DNA from: Limisphaerales bacterium
GTDB taxonomy: Bacteria; Verrucomicrobiota; Verrucomicrobiia; Limisphaerales; UBA11358
Reading direction: 5' to 3'
NCBI GenBank assembly: GCA_025362675.1
Contig: JANYFN010000106.1
Location: 9,352-73,351 of the forward strand
DNA: 64,000 bases
Shown piece by piece: positions 55,280-64,000 of this stretch. The notes under the pieces were generated by a model. That model ran no database searches and was not told where the DNA came from. It worked only from the letters and a program-made list of their open reading frames with translations. How positions within the stretch are numbered: position 1 is the first letter of the stretch; each line of letters starts with the position of its first letter. The translations under genes were made by a program, and so were the position numbers.

Positions 55280-56854
55280 ATGAATGGAGTCGTAGAAATT
55301 TTCGTAGGCTTGCTGCTCGCGGTGGCCGTGCTCGCGCTGTTGGCCCGCAAACTGCACATTCCCTACCCCATCTTCTTTGTGCTCGGCGGATTGCTGCTCG
55401 GCTGGATTCCCGGCCTTCCCAAAGTGCGCCTCGACCCCGAACTCGTTTTTCTGTTTTTCCTGCCGCCATTATTATTCCCGGCGGCGTTGTTCACCTCGTG
55501 GCGCGATTTCCGCGCGAACCTCCGCCCCATTTCATTGCTCGCCATCGGCCTCGTGCTGTTCACCACGGTGGCCGTGGCTTATCTCGCGCACCACTTCATG
55601 CATCTGCCGCTCGCTGTGGGTTTTGTTTTGGGCGCAATCATTTCTCCGCCTGATGCCATCGCCGCCACGGCCATCGCTGAACGGTTAAAACTTCCGCGCC
55701 GCATCGTCACGATTCTCGAAGGCGAGAGTCTCGTCAACGACGCCACCGCGCTTGTTGTTTATCGTTTCGCCGTGATCGCCGTGGCCACCGGTTCTTTTTC
55801 ACTCGCGACTGCTGGCGGACAATTCGTGCTTATCAGTCTCGGCGGAATTCTGCTCGGTTTGGTCACCGGCTGGTTGGTTGAACAATTTCATCGGCGCGTG
55901 GAAGATGCGCCCATTGAAATCACCGTATCCCTGCTGACGCCGTTTGTCGCTTATCTCGCCGCCGAACGCCTGCAAGTTTCCGGCGTCCTCGCGGTGGTGA
56001 CTACCGGTTTGTATCTCGGCCGACGAATACCTGAAATCATCAGCTCCCAAACGCGGCTGCGCGGCGGCCCCGTTTGGGAAATGGTAGAATTCATTCTCAA
56101 CGGTTTTGTCTTCATCGTCATCGGCCTGCAACTGCCCGCCGTGCTGCACGGTTTGTCGGATCACGCGATTCCGATCCACGACCTCATCTGGTATGCGCTG
56201 CTCATCAGCCTCGCCGTGGTGATCATCCGCATCCTCTGGGTTTTTCCTGCCACCTATCTGCCGCGTTTGATTTTCAAAAAAGTTTGCCGGCACGATCCGT
56301 ATCCGTCTTGGCGGCACGTCACCATCGTCGCTTGGACAGGAATGCGCGGCGTCGTTTCGCTCGCGGCGGCACTGGCGTTGAAAGATGATTTTCCCAATCG
56401 CGATCTGGTTCTATTCCTTACCTACGTCGTGATTCTCGCCACGCTCGTTGTGCAAGGCTTGAGCCTGCCGCTACTCATCCGCTGGCTAGGTATCAAAGAC
56501 GATGGCTCGTTCGAAAAAGAAGAACGCGCCGCGCGCCTCCAGGCCAATCAAGCCGCCCTGCAACGGCTTGGAGAAATTTCCGAAACCGAACCGGCCAAGG
56601 CCGACGCCTTGCAACGTCTGCGCATCGAATACGAAGACCACATCCGCCAGTTGGCCTCCACCGAGCCAGAACTCGCCAACGCGCCGCTCCGGATATTTTC
56701 CACCGAATACGAACGCCTCTCCCGCGCCGCACTCGAAGAGGAACGCCGCACCATCGTCAAACTCCGCAACAAAGACGTGATCAGCGACGAAGTTTTGCGC
56801 CGCATCCAACGCGACGTTGACCTCGCCGAAGCCCGCTTGGCGCAACATCAGTGA
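55280..56854 (+). CDS. Na+/H+ antiporter (CPA1 family) with cytoplasmic C-terminal tail
   Basis: It has about 11-12 TM helices, motifs ISPPDAIAATAI and ESLVNDATALV, and a ~120-aa charged helical tail. Confidence 0.85.
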   Translation: MNGVVEIFVGLLLAVAVLALLARKLHIPYPIFFVLGGLLLGWIPGLPKVRLDPELVFLFFLPPLLFPAALFTSWRDFRANLRPISLLAIGLVLFTTVAVAYLAHHFMHLPLAVGFVLGAIISPPDAIAATAIAERLKLPRRIVTILEGESLVNDATALVVYRFAVIAVATGSFSLATAGGQFVLISLGGILLGLVTGWLVEQFHRRVEDAPIEITVSLLTPFVAYLAAERLQVSGVLAVVTTGLYLGRRIPEIISSQTRLRGGPVWEMVEFILNGFVFIVIGLQLPAVLHGLSDHAIPIHDLIWYALLISLAVVIIRILWVFPATYLPRLIFKKVCRHDPYPSWRHVTIVAWTGMRGVVSLAAALALKDDFPNRDLVLFLTYVVILATLVVQGLSLPLLIRWLGIKDDGSFEKEERAARLQANQAALQRLGEISETEPAKADALQRLRIEYEDHIRQLASTEPELANAPLRIFSTEYERLSRAALEEERRTIVKLRNKDVISDEVLRRIQRDVDLAEARLAQHQ

Positions 56855-57050
56855 AGAGATTTTTTAGCGCGTGCGAATTTTGCCAGATTGAAGGGTGAAA
56901 AATGTCCTGGCAACCAGATAGGCTGTAAAAAAAGTTCACCTCTTTTATAAGTGGCAGGCTAGTTTTTTCCGAGTTAGGAAGCATCTTTTTAAAACCACAA
57001 ACTTCGCCGCTTAGTTGGCCAGAACGTTTATGCCTAAGTTAATAGCGCTA

Positions 57051-58097
57051 TCACATGACTAAGTTTTTGATTATAACTTTTAAGGCGTGCTCTTTGCCCG
57101 CATTGCTAAAGGTATCATAAGCCTTCAAGATCTCGCTCAATTCAAAGTGATGCGTGATAAGTTGCTTGGGCTGGAGTTTGCCCGACACGACAGTCTTGAG
57201 AAGCATTGATGTAGAAATAGCATCCACCAAACGAGTGGTGATGGTGATGTTCTGTGACCAGAGTTTTTCGAGATGTAAGGTCGCGCTGGTGCCATGCACG
57301 CCGACGTTCGCAATGTGTCCGCCCGGGCTGATGATCTCTTGACATAGTTCGAAGGTTTCGGCGATGCCCACGGCTTCGATCGCTACATCCACGCCTACGC
57401 CGCCGGTTAGTTGCATGACTTGCTTACCCGCCCTGCCAGCGACGCTATTGATGATGTCGGTCGCACCAAATTGTTTGGCCACTTTCAGTCGGTTATCATC
57501 TAGATCAATCATGATGAGTCTAGCGGGGGCATAAAATTGCGCGGTCAGTAAGGCGGCCAAACCCACTGGACCAGCCCCAACTATAGCCACGGTATCACCC
57601 GGTTTGACAGTCCCATTCAAAACACCGCATTCGTAACCGGTCGGTAAGATGTCACTCAACATAACCATCGCGTCGTCATCCGCACCATTAGGGATAAGAT
57701 AGAGACTGGTATCAGCGTAGGGAATGCGGACAAATTCAGCCTGCGTGCCATCGATCGTATTACCAAGAACCCAACCTCCCGAAACGCAGTGTGACGGGAT
57801 GCTCCGGCGACAATAGTCACACTTACCGCAGGCAGTGATACATGAGATCAAAACGCGGTCACCTTTTTTAAAGCGGTTCACGCCACTGCCAGTATCAACG
57901 ACCACACCAATGCCTTCGTGTCCCAGGATGCGGCCCGGAGCGACCGTGGGGACATCGCCTTTCAAGATGTGCAGATCAGTGCCACAAATACTAGTCTTGA
58001 TGATCTGAACCACGGCATCGTTCTCATCATGCAGCCGAGCCTTAGGCATTTCATCTACGCGCTTATTTCCGGAACCATGATAGACAAGGGCTCTCAT
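57051..58097 (-). CDS. zinc-dependent medium-chain alcohol dehydrogenase
   Basis: Matching motifs are SICGTDLHILKGD, GHEGIGVV, the structural-zinc CGKCDYCRR, and the Rossmann GAGPVGLAA. Confidence 0.85.
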   Translation of the reverse strand: MRALVYHGSGNKRVDEMPKARLHDENDAVVQIIKTSICGTDLHILKGDVPTVAPGRILGHEGIGVVVDTGSGVNRFKKGDRVLISCITACGKCDYCRRSIPSHCVSGGWVLGNTIDGTQAEFVRIPYADTSLYLIPNGADDDAMVMLSDILPTGYECGVLNGTVKPGDTVAIVGAGPVGLAALLTAQFYAPARLIMIDLDDNRLKVAKQFGATDIINSVAGRAGKQVMQLTGGVGVDVAIEAVGIAETFELCQEIISPGGHIANVGVHGTSATLHLEKLWSQNITITTRLVDAISTSMLLKTVVSGKLQPKQLITHHFELSEILKAYDTFSNAGKEHALKVIIKNLVM

Positions 58098-58105
58098 ACT
58101 TTCGC

Positions 58106-58846
58106 TTAAACCGCCAGGGCTACTTGATCCGGAATAACCGAGCCATTTGCCGCCAAGTGAACCACTGGACTTTTCTCCACGGCATCCGTGTTCAGATTCA
58201 CATATACCTTAGACTGATCATAGCTGATCTGGGTGACGTGACTTATCGCGACTTGAACTTCTTTGCCATTGAAGCGATTACCGGTTTTGATGACGAGTTG
58301 TTTAATGGCCCAGCTCTTGTCATCAATCAAATAGTCGCAAATATGCCCGATGATGCCGTCGGTCGCCTGAATATCATAACCATTCACGGCCTGCGTGCTC
58401 CGCAGGTGGGCATCCGCGCGTTCCGTTTTGGGACCGGTGGCCGCCGGTGGTTGTTCCGTGGCAAATTTTACGGGCAAATCTAGAACGGGGAATCCGCGCA
58501 TACCGCCCCAAAGACCGTCGCCTTCCCAATAGTAGGGCCAGCCGTAATGGCGGTGATACTCTTCCTCAAATTGCCGCGAGACTGGTTTGTGGTTTTCAAC
58601 CGCCGGGCTATCTTCGATTTGCTTGCGAGTAAGTCTTACCAACATGGCCTTACCCGCCGGATAGACACTACCAAAGGCGTGGGGCGAGAGTAAGACTTGT
58701 CGTCCCAGCAACCAGTTACCAGTATCCGCGACGACATAACGCACCGCCCAATTATGATCGTTGAAATAGAAGTCTTTGACGTGGCCGACATCGCCGTCTG
58801 TCGCGCCGAGTTTGCTGCCGATAAGTTGTTTGATACTTTGTAACAT
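58106..58846 (-). CDS. tandem PRC-barrel domain protein
   Basis: There are two copies of a PRC-barrel-like block (GSKLGATDGDVGHVKDFYFNDHNWAVRYVV and GYDIQATDGIIGHICDYLIDDKSWAIKQLV). Confidence 0.7.
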   Translation of the reverse strand: MLQSIKQLIGSKLGATDGDVGHVKDFYFNDHNWAVRYVVADTGNWLLGRQVLLSPHAFGSVYPAGKAMLVRLTRKQIEDSPAVENHKPVSRQFEEEYHRHYGWPYYWEGDGLWGGMRGFPVLDLPVKFATEQPPAATGPKTERADAHLRSTQAVNGYDIQATDGIIGHICDYLIDDKSWAIKQLVIKTGNRFNGKEVQVAISHVTQISYDQSKVYVNLNTDAVEKSPVVHLAANGSVIPDQVALAV

Positions 58847-58891
58847 AAATGGTCTTTCGTTTTATTTATTTATTTAGAGCTTACTTAGCCG

Positions 58892-59047
58892 TTAGATTCT
58901 ACCGAGTAACAACAGAATGATTAGAATGGTCAGCACCAATCCTAGTCCGCCGCTCGGGTAATAGCCCCAATTCTTACTATGTGGCCACGTGGGCAATGCG
59001 CCGAGCAACATAAGGATGATCAGCACGACTAAAACAGTTCCCAACAT
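58892..59047 (-). CDS. DUF3309 small membrane protein
   Basis: The product is MLGTVLVVLIILMLLGALPTWPHSKNWGYYPSGGLGLVLTILIILLLLGRI, the characteristic DUF3309 sequence. It is below the track cutoff. Confidence 0.7.
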   Translation of the reverse strand: MLGTVLVVLIILMLLGALPTWPHSKNWGYYPSGGLGLVLTILIILLLLGRI

Positions 59048-59079
59048 AATTTTGCTTTTGATGGTTGGTGATTGTTAAA

Positions 59080-59517
59080 TTAACGTCCGCGATTATCGCG
59101 GCGGTCGTCATTGCGGTCTTCCTGATGACCGGGTTGCGACCGGGCGGGCGACCAGTTTTTGGGATACTGCTGCAAAACCGTTTGGTGGTGCTGGGCTGGA
59201 GAATCGTGAAAATCCATGCGCACGGACGGCGTGGCTTGGAGTCGGCGGATGGAAACGCCGCGTGGACTTTGTCGGTAAACCCAATTGGGGCCATCTTGAT
59301 AAGCATACTGATGGCGACGATTGCTATAGTAGATCTGGTAGTTGGGGTAATAGACGTAATCGTCTTGCATATAAGCGTCCGTTTCGACCACCGGCGGCGC
59401 CACATACATACCTGCGCGTGGGCTTTCGACATAGCCGACGCATCCCGTGAGTGCCGTGAGCAGAGCGGCACCCAACACTAATCTGCCTAGCGGGAATAAG
59501 TTTTTGGTTGGATTCAT
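59080..59517 (-). CDS. lipoprotein, Tyr/Gln-rich, unknown function
   Basis: It has a signal peptide plus the lipobox LTALTGC, with a basic Arg/Asp-rich tail. Confidence 0.5.
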   Translation of the reverse strand: MNPTKNLFPLGRLVLGAALLTALTGCVGYVESPRAGMYVAPPVVETDAYMQDDYVYYPNYQIYYSNRRHQYAYQDGPNWVYRQSPRGVSIRRLQATPSVRMDFHDSPAQHHQTVLQQYPKNWSPARSQPGHQEDRNDDRRDNRGR

Positions 59518-59919
59518 ACTCTAAGCGTAATGACGGCGCCGCCAGCCGGCTATGGGGTGTAACCCTACCGAGCAACATTATTAGTATAGAAACGGCTACT
59601 AAAATATTTCCTCACAGCTAACAATTAATCCCAGCGGCCGCGCGCAGAGAAGAAGTTGGGGCATCATCAGACTCAAACATGGGTTTCGGAGAATGCTTAC
59701 GCCATAGTTTAATAATTGCGCCGTTTTCAGTGCCACTGCGGCCGGTTTTAGGTGTATGAAGCGGGAACTATTTTCTGGCGGCGGGTAATTGGATTTGTAT
59801 CGGGATGCCCACTGCCGGGTGTTTTATGACTGAACATCTTTTTAAACGTGATTGCCAAGACCGGGCCGTTGATTTAATAGTCGCGCGTGGTTTCTGCACG
59901 CCGAACAAAAAAATTATTG

Positions 59920-62694
59920 ATGGAATTAGGGTGCCGGGTGTTGCCGCTGATTTCACTAGCCGTTGTTATCTCCGGCGGTATTTTTTTTGATGAATTTTGC
60001 GAGCCGGCCTTGGCGCAGGAGCTGGGCGCGACCGGTTCGGTTCCGACGGAGAAAAATTTCAAAAATAAAAGCCGTCCGCCCGTCCGGCTGGAACTGGATG
60101 CGGCGAACGTGGTGTTGACCGGCCAGTTTTCGGGCGGAACGGAAACGCAGGAGAAGAAATTTGAGAAGCCGGTGACGGGACGATTTTTTTGCCTGGAAAC
60201 GTTGTCCGCGCAAGACGGACGGGCTTACGCGGCGGTGGCGGAACTGGATTTGCTGGCGGCATCCGGCGAGCGGTTGAACCGGGACGGCTGGAAAATAGTT
60301 TATGCCGACAGCGAGGAGCATGAGCGCGAGGACGGTTCGGCGGAGAACGCACTCGACGGCAATCCCGCCAGCTACTGGCACACGCAATGGAGCACCGGCT
60401 CGCCGAATCACCCGCACCATCTCGTTTTGGATTTGGGGAAATCACAAACCGTCGCGGGCTTCCGTTATCTGCCGCGTCCGGGTGGCGGCATGATCGGCGG
60501 GCGCATCAAGGATTATCGGATTTATGTGGGCGATAATTTGCTTGAGGAAAATGCGCCGGACAAGACGCTGCCGGAAAAATGTTTTCTATTCAGTTATTTT
60601 TCCGGCGGCGAGGTTGGCCTGCATCTCGCCTACAGTTTGAACGGCTTTCGCTGGGACGTGGTGAATCACGGGCACAGCATCCTGAAACCGGGAGTGGGCG
60701 ACAAGTTGATGCGCGATCCGTGCCTACTGCTCGCGCCTGACGGCACGTTTCACCTGGTCTGGACGGCGGCGTGGAACGGCAACTATATCGGCCACGCGTC
60801 GTCGAAAGATTTAGTCCACTGGTCTGCGCAAACCGCCATTCCCGTGATGGCGAAAAAGCCAGCGACGTTGAACTGCTGGGCACCGGAAATTTTCTGGGAC
60901 GCGCGCCGGACTAACTTTCTGATTTTCTGGGCCAGCACCGTGACCAATGAATTCGGGGTCACCGACCGGCCCAACAACAACCGGATTTATTCCACGACGA
61001 CGACGGACTTCATAAACTTTTCGGAGACAAAATTATTTTTTGACCCCGGCTACAGCGTGGTGGACGCCACTTTGCTGCCGGACAAAAACCGATTTCACCT
61101 CATCTTCAAGGACGACTCGGTGAACCATTTGCGCATGGCCGCCGCCGAAAATCCTGACGGGCCGTTCGGCAAATCCGGCTCGACGTTTGCGATGGACTAC
61201 GCGGAGGGGCCGATGGCGTTTCAGGTCGGCAACCAGACCATCGTCTGCTTCCACATCATTTCCGCCACGCGCTGTGGCGCGGTGAAAACGTCCGACTTCG
61301 AGCATTGGGAGGATATTTCTTCGGGAATGTTTTTGCCACCCGCCAGCGAACAGGGAACCGTGCTGGAAATTTCCGGAGACAAATTAAAACCGCTTGCGCA
61401 GGCCGGCTTGCTCGAAATGGGCACCACGCCGGAAGCTTCCGAACTCGGTCTCGGCGACTGGATCTGGACGACGAACGCGACCGACCGGCAGGCGTGTCAT
61501 CTGTGGCGCGCATTTGACATCCCAGAAAATTCGCCGGTTGTGCGCGCTGAGTTGCGGATGACCGCCGACAACAGCTACACGGTTTTTCTGGACGGTCGCG
61601 AAATCGGTCGCGGCGGCGACGCGAACAGCCTCGCCGAATACGATCTCACTTGGCTGATGACGCCCGGCCATCATGTGCTCGCGGTGGAGGCGTTCAATGA
61701 TACGCTCGACGCTGGCGTGATCCTTGGCCTGCGAATCAAGCTGGCGAGCGGAAAGAAGATTGAAATTTTTTCCAACCCGTCGTGGCGCGTCGCGGCGAAC
61801 GACGACCGCAGTTGGAAAACCAAAAAATCGCCGGAAACTTTTTGGCCGTCCGCGCAGGTCGTCGGCTACGCGGGCAAAGCGTGGTGGCAGCATCCGTATA
61901 AAATCATTCAAGTCCCGCCGCTGCAACCGACCGTCGTGCATTTCTGGCAGCAAGGCTGGGTGCTGGCCATGTTGTTGCTCGCTTGTTTGACCGTTGCGGT
62001 GTTGTGGGTGCGGCAGGGATTGCGACTGGCATTGCAGACGCGCGCACAAAATCTGCTCGAACGCGAACGCGCCCGCATCGCGCGCGATATGCACGACGAC
62101 CTCGGTTCCGGCTTGACGCAACTGACCTTGCTCGGCGAACTCGTTCTGCGTGAGACGCCGCGCGAAGGTGACACGCGTAATCGCCTCAACGAACTCTGCG
62201 CCAAGTCGCGTTCACTGTTGCGCTCAATGGACGAAATCGTCTGGACGGTGAATCCGCGCCGCGACACGGTTAAAGATTTCGCCGCGTTTATCTCGGAGCA
62301 CGCGCAGGAATTTCTCGCCTCGACTTCCATCCGTTGCCGGCAGGAAGTGATGGCGGAACTGCCCGCGATTCCGCTCGACCTCCCGCAACGCAGAAATCTT
62401 CTGCTCGCGGTCAAGGAAGCGATCCGTAACGCCGCGCGTCATTCCGGCGCCTCCGAAGTGATGTTAAAACTGACCGTGGCCGACAATTGTTTAAAGGTGG
62501 TCGTGGCGGACAATGGCCGGGGATTTTCGCCCGCTGAAAATTCGGACGCGCGCAACGGCAGGACGAACATGAAACAACGGCTTGCGGACATCGGCGGAAG
62601 TTTTACCTTGGACTCTTCGCCCGGTAAAGGCTGTCACGTCACTTTTATATTACCGCTGCTGGCGGGCGAAAAAATGGCCAGACCAAATCCATGA
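59920..62694 (+). CDS. sensor histidine kinase (HisKA_3/HATPase_c) with large extracytoplasmic discoidin + GH43-like + rhamnosidase-N-like region
   Basis: It has an N-terminal TM/signal and an F5/8-type-C block (ENALDGNPASYWHTQWS...GFRYLPRPGG...IKDYRIYVG). Five-bladed-propeller GH43-type motifs follow (MRDPCLLLAPDGTFHLVW, SKDLVHWS, CWAPEIFWD, YAEGPMAF). Next is a galactose-binding-like block (WIWT...LWRAFDIP...RMTADNSYTVFLDGREIG) and a TM helix (WVLAMLLLACLTVAVLWV). The kinase part has the H-box RIARDMHDDLGSGLT and an ATPase N/G1/G2 region. Confidence 0.85.
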   Translation: MELGCRVLPLISLAVVISGGIFFDEFCEPALAQELGATGSVPTEKNFKNKSRPPVRLELDAANVVLTGQFSGGTETQEKKFEKPVTGRFFCLETLSAQDGRAYAAVAELDLLAASGERLNRDGWKIVYADSEEHEREDGSAENALDGNPASYWHTQWSTGSPNHPHHLVLDLGKSQTVAGFRYLPRPGGGMIGGRIKDYRIYVGDNLLEENAPDKTLPEKCFLFSYFSGGEVGLHLAYSLNGFRWDVVNHGHSILKPGVGDKLMRDPCLLLAPDGTFHLVWTAAWNGNYIGHASSKDLVHWSAQTAIPVMAKKPATLNCWAPEIFWDARRTNFLIFWASTVTNEFGVTDRPNNNRIYSTTTTDFINFSETKLFFDPGYSVVDATLLPDKNRFHLIFKDDSVNHLRMAAAENPDGPFGKSGSTFAMDYAEGPMAFQVGNQTIVCFHIISATRCGAVKTSDFEHWEDISSGMFLPPASEQGTVLEISGDKLKPLAQAGLLEMGTTPEASELGLGDWIWTTNATDRQACHLWRAFDIPENSPVVRAELRMTADNSYTVFLDGREIGRGGDANSLAEYDLTWLMTPGHHVLAVEAFNDTLDAGVILGLRIKLASGKKIEIFSNPSWRVAANDDRSWKTKKSPETFWPSAQVVGYAGKAWWQHPYKIIQVPPLQPTVVHFWQQGWVLAMLLLACLTVAVLWVRQGLRLALQTRAQNLLERERARIARDMHDDLGSGLTQLTLLGELVLRETPREGDTRNRLNELCAKSRSLLRSMDEIVWTVNPRRDTVKDFAAFISEHAQEFLASTSIRCRQEVMAELPAIPLDLPQRRNLLLAVKEAIRNAARHSGASEVMLKLTVADNCLKVVVADNGRGFSPAENSDARNGRTNMKQRLADIGGSFTLDSSPGKGCHVTFILPLLAGEKMARPNP

Positions 62695-63368
62695 GTAAAA
62701 AGACCAACGCATCGGCATCCGCAAAAATCATCCGCATCGCGCTCGTGGAAGACTTGGCGGACGTGCGCGACAGTTGGACGCGGCTGATTGACGGCATCCC
62801 GAATTTCAAATGCGTCTGCTCGTTCGCTTCGGGCGAGGAGGCGTTGCGCCGGCTACCCGAGGAAAATGTGGACGTGGTCTTGATGGACATTCGGCTACCG
62901 CGCATGAGCGGCATCGCCTGCACCACGCGGCTGAAACCGCTCATCCCGAACACGCAGATTTTGATCCTCACTGTTTCAGCGGACAGCGACACGGTTTTCC
63001 GCGCGCTGGAGGCGGGCGCGGACGGCTATCTACTGAAGCGTTGCAGCCCACAGGAATTGCAGGCGGCGGTGCTGGACGTTTTGAAAGGTGGCGTGCCGAT
63101 GACCAGCGAGATCGCGCGGCGCGTCATCGCGTCGTTCCGCCGCCAGCCCGCGAAAAGCGATGCGGCGACCAAATTAACGCCGCGCGAGGAGGAGATTTTG
63201 ATTCTACTTTCCAAGGGATTTGTCAGCAAGGAAATCGCGGCGCAGCTCGGCGTGAGTTACGAGACCGTGCGCGATCATCTCAAAAACATTTACGAAAAAC
63301 TGCACGTCCATTCGCGGGGCGAGGCGGTGGCGCGGTTCAAGGAAACACAGGAAGCCGGCGAGGATTGA
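62691..63368 (+). CDS. NarL/LuxR-family response regulator
   Basis: It has an ATGA overlap with the kinase gene. The REC domain is IALVEDLADV...DVVLMDIRLP...ILTVSA...GADGYLLK. The C-terminal LuxR HTH is LTPREEEILILLSKGFVSKEIAAQLGVSYETVRDHLKNIYEKL. Confidence 0.9.
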   Translation: MSKKTNASASAKIIRIALVEDLADVRDSWTRLIDGIPNFKCVCSFASGEEALRRLPEENVDVVLMDIRLPRMSGIACTTRLKPLIPNTQILILTVSADSDTVFRALEAGADGYLLKRCSPQELQAAVLDVLKGGVPMTSEIARRVIASFRRQPAKSDAATKLTPREEEILILLSKGFVSKEIAAQLGVSYETVRDHLKNIYEKLHVHSRGEAVARFKETQEAGED

Positions 63369-63467
63369 ACGTCGCGGGATTTTTCGGCGGCGGCCTCCCC
63401 CTCAATTGAGGGATTTCGGCTTCGTTAGTGCGAATGTAATTTCTTCATACAGCCTATTTCAAATTAC

Positions 63468-64000
63468 TATGAAAAAATCCAGCCCGTCATTTCATTGTGT
63501 GATTCAATGCAGCAGCTTCGTCCTGTCTTTGTTCGCCGCCAGCCAGCTTCAAGCCGGCACCGTGGCGTATTGGCGGTTCGAGGGCAATGGCGGCACCGCC
63601 CCCACCGCCAACGCGCAAGTGACCGGTTTCGCCCAGCACTCGGCGGTGCAAACCAACGGCGTGCTCGCGGTGGATTCGTCCGGCAACGGCAACACAATTT
63701 ACGGCTGGGACAGCAATCCCAGCGGCTACAACGGTTTTTGGATTGAATACGAGACCAACACGCCCGCGCCTAGGGTGACGCAGACCGGTGCCACCAACAA
63801 CTGGGGCATCTGGACGGTGCCGTTCGGAAATAATTTTCCAGCCATCGCCACCTGGTCGGCGACCTCAAGCCCCACCGGAACAAACATCGAGACGATCACG
63901 CCAAAAGCGTGGACGATTGAGGCATCCATAAACGGCTCCGCTTATCCCGGCGGCAATCACACTTTTGTCGGGCGCGATGGCAACCATGTCACTGGCAACG
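63468..64000 (+). CDS. secreted LamG/concanavalin-like protein, 3' end beyond window
   Basis: The frame is open from the ATG at 63468 to the window end, so it is absent from the track. The signal peptide is MKKSSPSFHCVIQCSSFVLSLFAASQLQA, followed by GTVAYWRFEGNGG, the usual start of PVC LamG_3 proteins. Confidence 0.6.

Noticed and set aside
62810-63409. A 199-aa alternative-frame ORF overlapping the response regulator.
   Set aside because: The product is an Arg/Gly-rich shadow frame. The annotated frame has canonical REC and LuxR HTH motifs.

Overview
This is a 64-kb chromosomal segment with no rRNA, tRNA, CRISPR array, transposase or integrase that I can recognise. The gene content suggests a PVC-superphylum bacterium, most likely Verrucomicrobiota. 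The evidence is a PSCyt/DUF1549/DUF1553 giant protein paired with a DUF1501 protein, H-X9-DG prepilin-like proteins, LamG-type secreted proteins and many palindromic intergenic repeats. This taxonomic call is an inference. I support about 60 CDS.

Layout:
(1) 1.4-20 kb is a nitrate-assimilation and molybdenum-cofactor island. A minus-strand operon runs NasS-like, nrtABCD, porin, CysJ-like diflavin reductase, NirA, NasA, MOSC, MobA. It is divergent from a LysR regulator followed by moaD, a moaE-moeA fusion, moaC, mog and moaA.
(2) 20-25 kb holds the PSD1-type and DUF1501 pair, separated by composite repeats.
(3) 25-37 kb is housekeeping (adk, fmt, peptidase, GH20, flavoprotein) interrupted by two small recombinase-less gene cassettes. 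Each cassette is flanked by a diverged duplicate of the end of the gene it sits in.
(4) 37-40.7 kb is an NfeD/flotillin operon extended by a PLDc_N mini-protein and two paralogous zinc-ribbon membrane proteins.
(5) 40.9-59.5 kb holds pilin-like proteins, pyrR-pyrB with a leader attenuator, recN, hydrolases, a Na+/H+ antiporter and a small stress-type cluster.
(6) 59.9-64 kb holds a histidine kinase whose extracytoplasmic part looks like discoidin plus GH43 plus a rhamnosidase-N-like domain, followed by a NarL-type regulator and a LamG protein.

Most interesting observations:
- A short terminal peptide motif is shared by NasA, NirA and the diflavin reductase.
- Two target-duplicating cassettes are present. 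One carries a Bro-N/DinD-like gene preceded by four 27-bp palindromes spaced in multiples of 3 nt. These palindromes encode the same peptide as a fifth copy inside the gene.
- The flotillin operon is extended by zinc-ribbon proteins.
- A GU-rich candidate sRNA lies in a convergent spacer.

All functional calls come from motif recognition by eye. No database search was run.
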